Positions 25,469 through 37,242 of a stretch of 64,000 nucleotides of DNA are shown here, piece by piece. Every line of letters starts with the position of its first letter. Within the stretch, counting starts at the first letter, position 1. The stretch is from Eledone cirrhosa (lineage: Eukaryota). The notes beneath the pieces were generated by a model that had not been told where the DNA came from, made no database searches, and saw only the letters and a list, made by a program, of their open reading frames with translations. Made by a program: the position numbers and the translations under genes. The stretch is from positions 102,362,001 through 102,426,000 of the forward strand of contig OZ024746.1 of NCBI GenBank assembly GCA_964016885.1. The letters are read 5' to 3'.

Positions 25469-27447
25469 TCATAACGGTACGCGATGGGACCCACCCACAG
25501 CCCCGGCGGACAGAATGGAGAAGGCGTTTCCCCGGAGCACGGCAAGGGAGACGCGCTGGAAAAGCCACTCCAACTCGCGGGGCTCACACCTGCGGCTGGC
25601 CAGCTCAGCGCCTATGGTGGTGAGTAAGGAGGTAGCCCTGGGGCCGAGGACACCAGAAGTCTCCACTTCCAGGGGTACGACCGCAAACCTGTCGGAGAGT
25701 GAACGATATGTGAGGAGTTTGGCCCCCTCAGCCTGACGTGCAGCAGAACCTGGGCCAGTCGCAGACTGCACCAGGTTGCGGCTGCAGAAAGTGTCGGTGC
25801 AAGTGGCATCCCAGACGAGGGGTTTGCCACCGCGGAACGTGAAGATGGTCATGCCATCTAGCCTTTTGCCGTCCCCTCGAGCTGGGAAGGGAAGCCTGCA
25901 GCGTCCAAGCCATGCTTAATGACTTCGTTGAGGGCAGCATGGCGTGGATTGCGGGTGGAGGCCGAAAGAGTCCATGGTGGAACGGCAGCGACATTGGTGT
26001 GAGGCCGAGCCTCAGGGAAACGCCGATGCGCAAGCTATTGTTGTCTAGCTGCGTGCGAGTGGAGAAGGAGGGCAGGGCATGGAGCCAGGCCCCACTGTGG
26101 GGTTTGGAGGCTGCACGAAAACAAACAAGGCGGTGCTGGTCGAGCTGGCACGTGAGCCTGTCTGAGGCCAGGCTGCACTGGATGGCATCCCAAGTGTGTT
26201 GGGGGGGACTTGACGTCAACAGGGGGAGAAGGAGGAGGAACGTCTACTGGGCTAAGTCCCAGCCGGTCCCACGTCTCACAGGCGGCCACGCGTTCTCTGA
26301 ACACAGAGGGTTCTGTTGTGTTTTGAAGAACCCTGCTGAAGAGGACGTGGTACGAGGTTACCGACGAAAGATATGCCGGCAAAGCTAGTGAGATCGGGGA
26401 CTGGAGGCGAAGGCCGCCATACCTGACAGGTAAAGTTGCATATCTCATCGGCTGCTGCTCGGATACAAGTTTAGGTGTAGCACAGAGTGTATAGAGGAGC
26501 TTCGGCATGGCGTAGCAGTTCCTCAGCAGAAAGAGAACTGGGTGGCCATCAATCAAGCCCAGTCGGCTCGTGAGAGTCTGGACTTGATGGAGGAGCGGAT
26601 GGCCGGCGGGTGGATCGGTGAGGGCATCCTCTTTGGGGGGTCACCTGAACCTGGCGGAGAATGGACCGCACGTCCAAGACGGAGACTGCAAAGCTTGCAG
26701 CATCGAGGCTGACATTCACCACCTCCGACTTGGCTGAGTTGACCTGGAGGTCGATTCCCGCCAGGGCAGGAACCACCGATTGAAGGTCATGGCAGACCGC
26801 CTGTACGGGCCCACCCAAAGTAGCATCATCCAGATACCAAACGTTGAGAGGGGCCGTTATACTCCAGGCGATGTGGTCAATACCAAGGGTGAACAGGAGG
26901 GGTCCCAAAGGGTTGCCCTGTTGGATCCCAGTAGCCAAGGGTATGACCGTATCAGCAGCATGGCGCATGCTTGGGGCTCCATATGACAGGTAGGCAGAGG
27001 GGGCTCGGCTGAGGCAGGCCTCGAGCAGATGATCCCAGCGTAAAAAGTTGAAGGCATTCCTCATGTCAAACTTGACAATGAGGTGGCTGGAGGCCCTGGA
27101 TGCCGGTTCCGAGTGTTACGGACTTGCAGATTACCTTGGCAGCCAGCCTCCGGAAGACATTGCCCACAGCAATGGGGCGTATGCCATCCTCTTTCTTCCT
27201 GAGAGCGGTGAGGCTGGCCGAAAAAAAGAGGCCTCGAGCATAAGAGTCCAGGGCGCCATGGATGAGCCTATTGGTGAGCGCCACAATTGCACTCAGAAGG
27301 CGGCGCCCGGCCTCAGCGGAGAGGGGAGATATCAACTCCTTGAGGAGGCCTGGTCAGAGACCATCAACATCTCCGCAGCTGCTAGCTGGGAAGGACCTGA
27401 TGGCGGACATGATGTCTGCATCAGAAGCCACAACGAGCAAGTGTGGA
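25469..27447 (-). mobile_element. CRE-clade retrotransposon relic, unit 5
   Basis: Same motifs. Confidence 0.88.
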
Positions 27448-28374
27448 TTACAATACAAAACCTCTGAGAATGATTTCTAAGATATTTCACCATAATTAAT
27501 TTTCATCAATATATATTAATATTATTATTGTTTATTAGGTCAGGTGGATTGGCCAGAACAATTCTACTCTTCTTTTTTAGATGTCACGATTTTTCATGCC
27601 ATTCCTGAGATCATTAATCTCCAGCTGGAGATCCAGAGACATCTGATGTATGTAGGTGAACCTCAGTCATCCCACTAGGGTCTTACTATGTTTAGGTATC
27701 AACCACAGGAGCCAGCTCATCAGGTCATCCTACCCTCAGCAGCAATGTCCAGCATCTATTGATTTCCGCTCCCTAGTTATTGTGGTAATCTTCGATATCT
27801 GGGAATATATTTCTTCTGCTTAAGGGAGTAATAAATATATAGTTTTTAAAAAAACATATATATACACACACATATATATATGTTGTCATTTATAAGAGTT
27901 CTCTATCAAAAGCCTTCTCTATGTCCAAAGCTAAGTATAGTGGCTTATTTTTCTCTAAGAACCTCTTTTGTAGTTGTCTCACTAAGAAGAGGGCATCTGT
28001 TGCACTTTTCAGCGGCTTAATTAATTAATGAGGTTTAATTAATGAGGAATTTTGAGGTATTTATAACAATTATTAATTATTTCATTACTGAGATATCATT
28101 TGAAGGACTTACTAATGTTTTTATTTATTAATTATTTTATTAGTAACTTAACATGTGGTTCTTGTATAAAATTATGTTGGAAGATTTTAGGAAGATGCTA
28201 TGTAGCCGGTCGCGGTAAAATAGACGCCCAGGCTATGTAGCCGGTAAGAGTGTCAGACTCCATGTGTTGCGGCCCTTTATGGTCTGAGTTAAGACAATTT
28301 AAAATCTTTTCCACCATCAATTGTTAAAAAACAAGTTAAAATCATTTTGTCGTCCATTTGTAACGTACGTTACA

Positions 28375-29180
28375 CTTTAGTTACATACACATATACTATG
28401 TTACATACACACATCTACTGTGTTACATACACACACATCAACTGGGTTGTATACACACACATCTACTGCGTTACATACACATCTACTGTGTTACACACAC
28501 ATCTACTGTGTTACATACACACACATCTACTGAGTTACATACACACACATCTACTGTGTTACATACACACACATCTTCTGTGTTACATACACACATCTAC
28601 TATGTTACATACACACATCTACTGTGTTACATACACACACCTGTGTTACATACACACACATCTACTGAGTTACATACACACAGATCTACTGTGTTACATA
28701 CACACACATCTACTGTGTTACACACATCTTCTATGTTACATACACACAATCTACTGTGTTACATACACACATCTACTGAGTTACATACACACACATCTAC
28801 TGAGTTACATACACACACATGTACTGTGTTACATACACACATCTACTGTGTTACATACATACACATCTACTGTGTTACATACATACACATCTACTGTTAC
28901 ATACACACATCTACCGTGTTACACACACACATCTACCGTGTTACACACACACACATCTACCGTGTTACACACACACATCTACCGTGTTACACACACACAT
29001 CTACTGAGTTACATACACATATACTGAGTTACATGCAAACACACATCTACTCTGTTACATATACACATCTACTGTGTTACATACACATCTACTGTGATAC
29101 ACACACACACATCTACTCATACATATTCATAAATAGACACACATTATACAAATAATTATTACATACACACACATCTCTGT
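28375..29180. repeat. Minisatellite, ~21-23 bp unit ACATACACAC(AC)ATCTACTGTGTT
   Basis: Dozens of tandem copies with TGTG/TGAG/CGTG variants. Confidence 0.95.
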
Positions 29181-29944
29181 AATAATTCAGGAAGGAAGGG
29201 GCTGGTGAAACGCTATAGCAATGTGTGTGTGTTGTGTACCTTTCAGGTTTACCGGTTTCGTAGCCTATTTGAAGATTTTATTATAATTATGAACCTTATA
29301 ATTCAATTAATTATGAATAATTTTGAGCTATTTATCACAATTGTTAGTTAATTACTAACATAGTAACTTACCATATGGTTGTTATATAGAATTTTGTTGG
29401 AAGACTTTAATTTAGATAGGAACCATTTCCATAGTACGAGAACTAATTTTGGCTGGGTTTCTACCAAAAGGGTTAATGAAGAATTTTGAACAATTTACTA
29501 AAATTATTAATTATTTCATTACTAAGATAATGTGTGAATACACAATTATATGTGTGTATATATATATAAACAGTATATATATATATAGTATATATATATA
29601 TAAACAGTATATATATATATAGTATATATATATATAAACAGTATATATATAGTATACAAAAGATGTAGTGGGATAGTGTGTAGTCTTAAGACAAGTCTGT
29701 CCAGATAGCTGCGCTGTAACTTACACTTATTGGGACTGTGTGTTGGCAAGCAGGCCTGTATTTTGGGATCTAGCTGGTCCATTATGAGGGAGGTCTGGTT
29801 AGTTGGCAGCACCATGCCTTACTTGTGGTATATGTATGTATAGAAATAAGTTATTGTATATGCATAACTGTCCATCTATATGTATACATGTATGTTTACT
29901 TATATCTTTGCATACATATATACATTTTCAGATGTATACACGTA

Positions 29945-31815
29945 ATGGTCACCCGGATAGTAAACCAAGTCATACAGAATGGGGTTGTTCTGAAGGACTG
30001 GCGTAGCAGCATCATCATTAACTGTTACAAGGGTAAAGGAGATGCCCTAGATAGGAGTAACTATAGAGGCATTAAATTAATCGACCAGGTCATGAAGGTC
30101 ACGGAAAAAGTAATAGCGCAACTAATCAGAGAGAGAATTGATCTAGATGAAATGCAGTTCGGGTTTGTGTCAGGTAAAAGTACCACAGTCGCTCTTTTCA
30201 TTGTACGACAACTACAGGAGAAGTACCTAGTTAAAAGTAAACCCCTATACTTAGCTTTTGTTGACTTGGAGAAAGCCTTCGACAGAGTCCCCCGTTCCAT
30301 TATCTGGTGGGCTCTTAGAAAACTAGGTGTTGAGGAATGGCTTGTGAGAGCTATACGAGCCATGTATAAAGAAACAGTCAGCAAGGTTAGAATTAACAAC
30401 GAATATAGTGAAGAGTTTAGCGTAAAAGTTGGTGTTCATCAGGGCTCCGTCCTTAGCCCCCTACTATTTATTATTGCCCTTCAGGCTATAACAGTGGAGT
30501 TCAAGACCGGCTGCCCATGGGAACTCCTATACGCAGATGATCTAACGCTCATAGCTGAATCAATGGCCGAGCTAGAGAAGAAATTCCAAACATGGAAGCA
30601 AGGCCTAGAATCAGAAGGCCTTAAAATTAACCTGGCTAAGACTAAAGTTCTAGTTTGTAGGAAAGAAAATAAGGCGCCGGTCCCTTCCGGGAAATGGCCA
30701 TGCTCAGTGTGTAGGAAAGGCGTAGGTAGAAACTCCATTTTATGTCCCAAATGCAAAGTATGGGTTCATAAAAGATGTAGTGGGATCACAGGTAAGCTAA
30801 CTAAGAACATAGATTTTACATGTGGCCGGTGCTCTGGTGCAATAAGTAGCAGCAAGTGCCCACAAAATACTAGCTCTTTCAATTGCGCAGAGGGTTCTAT
30901 AGAAATAGTGGACAGCTTCCGTTACCTGGGTGACAAAATCAGCAGTGGGGGAGGGTGCTCTGAAAGTACAGTAGCTAGAGTCAGAACTGGATGGAAAAAG
31001 TTCAGAGAGCTTATACCACTATTAGCCGCTAAAGGGTTCTCCCTAAAAATGAAAGGCAGGTTGTATGATGCCTGCATATGAACAGCAATGTTGCATGGCA
31101 GTGAGACCTGGGCATTGTGTGCAGAGGATATACGCAGACTAGAGAGGAACGAAGCTTGCATGCTTCGCTGGATGTGTAATAGTAATATATGTGAACGGCA
31201 AAGCATAAACGAACTAAGGGAAAAATTAGAAATAAGAGGGATCAGATGTTGTGTACTCGAGAGAAGACTACGTTGGTATGGTCCACGTGATGCGGATGAA
31301 AGACGACAGCTGTATAAAAAAAATGCAGGGCAATAAAGATAGACGGTAGCCACGGAGTAGGCAGACCCAGAAAAACCTGGGACGACTTGATAAATTCCGA
31401 CCTCACACACTTACACCTCTCCAAGACAATGTCACTGGACCGAGATCTTTGGCGGTACTCAGTAATAGAGAAGACCCGCCTTACCTAGATACAAAGTAAA
31501 ACCTACTACAGTCAGTAGGCACCTCTAACAAAATACACCCCCACCCCATCCACACCGCCCCTTTCAATGTAAAGTTATGTTGGTGCCACAACATCCAGGC
31601 CGAAACAAATGAGGTCGTGTAGGTGTCACGGTAAAAACCTCCCAGTCCCACACTGTAAATGCGGTTGGTGTTAGGAAGGGCATCCAGCTGTAGAAAACCC
31701 GCCAGACAGTCCTATGCGAGCAAGACAACCACTCTTGCCTCAAGTGGGAAAATTCCCGTCCAAACCCATGCAAGCGTGGAATATGGACGTTAAACGATGA
31801 TGATGATGATGATGA

Positions 31816-31817
<2 letters not shown>
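29945..31817 (+). mobile_element. 5'-truncated RTE-clade LINE (RT + PHD-like Cys-rich insert + C-terminus + 3' UTR + (GAT)n), pseudogenised
   Basis: NYRGIKL, QFGF, FVDLEKAFDRVP, GVHQGSVLSPLLF, LLYADD, FRYLG, YDACI*TAMLHGSETW (TGA at 31079), frameshifts near 31283 and 31320, GRPRKTW, tail GGACGTTAAACGATGATGAT. Confidence 0.95.
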
Positions 31818-31855
<38 letters not shown>

Positions 31856-31859
<4 letters not shown>

Positions 31860-32983
31860 CTTTGACATTTCTTAGAAAAAAAATGAAAAAGTTTTGTGAG
31901 AACCCCAATGTTTATTTATTTTATTTTATTTTTAAATAAAATTAATAACATTAATTTTATTTTGAAATTAGGTTTATAAATATTAATTATCAGCAGACCT
32001 TTGTAGCAGTCTTGGCGGCTTAGTGGGAAGTACCAGAGATGGTGAGGTCCTTGTCTGTAGGTTCAATCCTGGTCTGGGAGTTCAATCATTGCTGTAATGT
32101 GTCCTGTTAATCTTTTTTTAAATTTTCCTCAGAAAAAACTGAAAATCTTTGGTGAGAACCCCAATGTCTATTTATCTAATATAATTTAATTTATTTTATT
32201 TTATTTTACTTTAGTTAAATTGTCAAAACCACTGGTGATCTAAAGTTAGAGGAGACAGATAAAATAGACATATTGTCTCCTCAACCTTTAGATCTTCAGT
32301 GTTTTCGACAATTTAACTAAAATAAAAAATTAAATTCAATATAATTAAATAAATAGGGGTTCTCTTTTTCAAAGAGATATAGAAAGAAAATTATAAAAGA
32401 TTAACATGACACCTTACATGTATCTCATGGACCAGGATTGAACCTGAGTCCCCAATTCAACCCTCAGACCAGGATTGAACACCCAGAACAGGATCTCACC
32501 ATCTCTGGTACTTCCCACTAAGCTACCGAGACTGATACAAAGATGTACTGAAATTTAATATTTATAAACCTACTTTCAAAATAAAATTAAAAATAAAATA
32601 TATATATATATATATTCCTTTGACATTTCTTAGAAAAAAGAACTGAAAAAGTTTTGTGAGAACGCCAATGTCTATTTATTTTATTTTATTTTTAATTAAA
32701 TTAGTTATATTTTGAAAGTAGGTTTATAAATATTAATTTTCAATAGACCTTTGTAGCAGTCTTGGTGGCTTAGTGGGAAGTACCAGAGATGGTGAGATCC
32801 TTGTCTGTAAGTTCAATTCTTGCTTGGAGACATGTCTAATGTGTCCTATTAATCTTTTTTTAATTTTCCTTTTACATCTCTTAGAAATAACTGAAAATCT
32901 TTGGTGAGAACCCCAATGTCTATTTATCTAATATAATTAATTTAATTTAATTTAATTTAATTTTTATTTTAGTGAAACCACTG
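31856..32983. repeat. Three copies (+,-,+) of a ~350-bp AT-rich repeat with tRNA-like head; the first two form a foldback
   Basis: GCTTAGTGGGAAGTACCAGAGATGGTGAG...GTTCAAT at ~32015 (+), ~32520 (-), ~32768 (+); central hairpin GGAGACA-16nt-TGTCTCC at 32251-32280. Confidence 0.85.
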
Positions 32984-33422
32984 TTGTATTCAAGAGACCA
33001 GGTGGAGGGGTGGGTCTGCTAGATTCATCGTGGGTAAAGAACGGTGCTATGAACTTTTCTGGGTGGGAAATGACAATGGGCTGGGTATACACATACCACC
33101 CCACCACCCCACCGTAAAGTGGTCGTGGAGGCGCCACGGCAAAAAAGCACCCAGCCCGCTCTGTAAAGCTGACGTGGAGGTGCCACGGAAAAAAAAAAAG
33201 CACCCAGCACTCACTGCAAACTGGGTTGGCGTCAGGAAGGGCACCCAGCTGTAGAAACCAATCCAGAATCAGCTCCCACCCCACCCTTGCAAGCATGGAA
33301 AAGCGGACGTATGATGAAGTTGATATATATATATATATATTAGTATATATATACACATACATATGTACACATATACACATACATATATATATATATATAC
33401 ACACACATATATATCAGTGTAC

Positions 33423-33468
<46 letters not shown>

Positions 33469-34110
33469 GAATATTTATTCAATTTAAAGCGCCAATTATC
33501 TATATATAACAAGATATGAATTTTTCTAGGGATGGGGAAATTTTCAGTTTGTTTTTATATTTTCACTTCATTTTTTACTTTCTATTTAATACAGTCTTTG
33601 ATCCAATATAATCCTGACAGTATTTGAACCAGTTTACCTCATATATATGTATGCACACACAACACTCAAGTTTCGCCATCTACTGCTATTTCATTCATAT
33701 TTATTGTTTAATTAACTCTGGTCTAATTCATCAACTATTGTTAATTATATTATTACGTAGATTTCTTATAAAATCTAGTGCATATATACGTGTATATATA
33801 CAGGGAGACACTGTGTAATAGATGTAAAGAGAGTGGGAGATAGAGTTATAGAAGTAAAGAGAGGGAGAGAAATAAGCGGTAGATAGAGCAATAGATGTAA
33901 AGAGAGGGTTAGAACGTTCAACTTGACAGTCAGTACATATGCCAACTACCCAACCGGCCAGCCAGCCGTATTTGCGGTTGACTGGCCAGTTGGGCGGTTG
34001 GTATGTGGAACGTTCAACTATGCAGTCAGTACCAAAGTTCAACATTGTAGCCAGTGCATATGCCGATCGCCGCGACCTCTTTGCTCTATTTAAATGACCT
34101 GGAACTAAGT

Positions 34111-34223
34111 AAAAAGAGTAGGAGATAACTCGACAAGAGCGGAGAGGGTGAGATTCGAACCATGTAAAGTCGTTGGCTCCTGAAGTTCGTAAGCGGGGCT
34201 GCTACTGACTGAGCAACGCCGGC
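34111..34223 (-). ncRNA. Candidate Pol III tRNA-like small RNA unit, unit 6
   Basis: Same as 863-975; one C>T change that converts a C-G stem pair to U.G. Confidence 0.5.
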
Positions 34224-35204
34224 AGCAAGGCAAATCGCGCATAAAATAACGCTTATATCGAGAAAATAAAACAAAAATTTCAATGTTGCACTCTTGTTTG
34301 TTGTTCTTTTATTTTACGTAAACATTTCGCTGCTCTAGCCTCTTATTTCCTATTAGATTACACTTAATTCCATTAAACATTCATTCTTAGTCTCGTGGTA
34401 AACTATTTCATCTATATTTATATCGCTGTTACAGCCTTTTATTTCTACATCTATCACCTATAGCCACTGTTACGCCGGTAGTATAAGTAGCTTTATAACA
34501 AGAAACGATGATATAACTCCACAAAATGTCTTCTTGAGCAAGACACTTCACCTCATATTGCTCCAGTACACCGAGTTACACATAGACAGATACATACATA
34601 CACATATATATGTACACAGATAGAAATAAGAGGGAGATAGAGTAAAAGATGTAAAGATAGTGTAAAAGATTTAAAGAGAGGGTGAGAGTGTGACACACAT
34701 TTATCTCTCTATCTCTCTCTATTTTAACACCGGTCGTTATAATTAGTTTTATAACACCGCTATATTACCGACATGAAAGAGGTAAATAATTATTTCTTAA
34801 ATGTTTAGAACATGTTTCTCTTGTCTTCTTAAATGTATAGAACATGTTTCTTATTTATATTCTTAACATAGCTAGGACCTTATCTCATTTACTGGTCTCT
34901 ACTTTTAGGGCTTTGCTGGTCCCATGTGCCCTCCATGAAGACACACTCGCCCCTTCTCTCTCAGTCTCCGTACTAATTACTACACATACGTATATATATT
35001 TATTTTAAGAAACCTTAATGACAAATAATATAAAGTGTTTGTAAAGTGGGGAAGAGTAGTTTTACGGTGGGGTTGTTATATAGATATCGTTTTTGCAGTG
35101 GGGTCGTGACTGGCGTATAATAATGAGTCACTGTTGATGTATATACAAATCATATTTTGGATATAAGTGAAGTTATTTAAGAGATTTAGTTGTTTTGTAT
35201 ACAT

Positions 35205-37242
35205 TCCAGTTGTTGTCTCCCTGTTTCTTCTTCAACAACCTATAACGGTACGCGATGGGGCCCACCCACAGCCCCGGCGGACAGAATGGAGAAGGCGTTT
35301 CCCCGGAGCACGGCAAGGGAGACGCGCTGGAAAAGCCACTCCAACTCGCGGGGCTCACACCTGCGACTGGCCAGCTCAGCGCCTATGGTGGTGAGTAAGG
35401 AGGTAGCCCTGGGGTCGAGGACACCAGAAGTCTCCACTTCCAGGGGTACGACCGCAAACCTGTCGGAGAGTGAACGATATGTGAGGAGTTTGGCCCTCTC
35501 AGCCTGACGTGCAGCAGAACCTGGGCCAGTTGCAGACTGCACCAGGTTGCGGCTGCAGAAAGTGTCGGTGCAAGTGGCATCCCAGACGAGGGGTTTGCCA
35601 CCGCGGAACGGGAAGATGGTCATGCCATCTGGCCTTTTGCCGTCCCCTGGAGCTGGGAAGGGAAGCCTGCAGCGTCCAAGCCATGCTTAATGATTTCGTT
35701 GAGGGCAGCATGGCGTGGATTGCGGCTGGCACTGTGGCGACAGGAAAGCGGGTGGAGGCCGAAAGAGTCCATGGTGGAACGGCAGCGACATTGGTGTGAG
35801 GCCGAGCCTCAGGGAAACGCCGATGCGCAAGCTATGGTTGTCTAGCTGCGTGCGAGTGGAGAAGGAGGGCAGGGCATGGAGCCAGGCCCCACTGTGGGGT
35901 TTGGAGGCCGCACGAAAACAAACAAGGCGGTGCTGGTCGAGCTGGCACGTGAGCCTGTCTGAGGCCAGGCTGCACTGGATGGCATCCCAAGTGTGTTGGG
36001 GGGACTTGACGTCAACAGGGGGAGAAGGAGGAGGAACGTCTACTGGGCTAAGTCCCAGCCGGTGCCACGTCTCACAGGCGGCCACGCGTTCTCTGAACAC
36101 AGAGGGTTCTGTTGTGTTTTGAAGAACCCTGCTGAGATGGACGTAGTACGAGGTTACCGACGAAAGATACGCCGGCAAAGCTAGTGAGATCGCGGACTGG
36201 AGGCGAAGGTCGCCATACCTGATAGGTAAAGTTGCATATCTCATCGGCTGCTGCTCGGATACAAGTCTGGGTGTAGCACAGAGTGTATAGAGGAGCTTCG
36301 GCATGGCGTAGCAGTTCCTCAGCAGAAAGAGAACTGGGTGGCCATCAATCAAGCCCAGTCGGCTCGTGAGAGTCTGAACTTGATGGTGGAGCGGATGGCC
36401 GGCGGGTGGATCGGTGAGGGCATCCTCTTTGGGGGTCACCTGAACCTGGCGGAGAATGGACCGCACGTCCAAGACGGAGACTGCAAAGCTTGCAGCATCG
36501 AGGCTGACATTCACCACCTCCGACTTGGCTGAGTTGACCTGGAGGTCGATTCCCGCCAGGGCAGGAACCACCGATTGAAGGTCATGGCAGACCGCCTGTA
36601 CGGGCCCACCCAAAGTAGCATCATCCAGATACCAAACGTTGAGAGGGGCCGTTATACTCCGGGCGATGTGGTCAATACCAAGGGTGAACAGGAGGGGTCC
36701 CAAAGGGTTGCCCTGTTGGATCCCAGTAGCCAAGGGTATGACCGTATCAGCAGCATGTCGCATGCTCGGGGCTCCATGTGACAGCTAGGCAGAGGGGGCT
36801 CGGCTGAGGCAGGCCTCGAGCAGATGATCCCAGCGTAAAGAGTTGAAGGCATTCCTCATGTCAAACTTGACAATGAGGTGGCTGGAGTCCCTGGATGCCG
36901 GTTCCGAGTGTTACGGACTTGCAGGTTACCTTGGCAGCCAGCCTCCGGAAGACATTGCCCACAGCAATGGGGCGTATGCCACCCTCTTTCTTCCTGAGAG
37001 CGGTGAAGCTGGCTGAAAAAAAGAGGCCTCGAGCATAAGAGTCCAGGGCGCCATGGATGAGCCTATTGGTGAGCGCCACAATTGCACTCAGAAGGCGGCG
37101 CCCGGCCTCAGCGGAGAGGGGAGATGTCAACTCCTTGAGGAGGCCTGGTCAGAGACCATCAACATCACCGCAGCTGCTAGCTGGGAAGGACCTGATGGCG
37201 GACATGATGTCTGCATCAGAAGCCACAACGAGCAAGTGTGGA
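35205..37242 (-). mobile_element. CRE-clade retrotransposon relic, unit 6 (least degraded copy)
   Basis: Retains GKRPDG endonuclease motif, full CRC-x-H-x3-C knuckle and an extra ~37 bp at the 3' end. Confidence 0.9.

Larger units (their letters stand above)
1..28016. repeat. Tandem macrosatellite-like array, block 1 (units 1-5, period 5858-5925 bp; unit 5 truncated)
   Basis: Near-identical sequence and ORF set recurs at 354, 6279, 12163, 18038, 23896; breaks at ...TTCAGCGGC|TTAATTAA (28016). Confidence 0.98.

Noticed and set aside
28375-29180. CRISPR-like array
   Set aside because: No unique spacers, no cas genes, eukaryotic context
29825-31081. 418-aa ORF as an active LINE or host gene
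   Set aside because: N-terminus is microsatellite-derived, no endonuclease, premature TGA and downstream frameshifts
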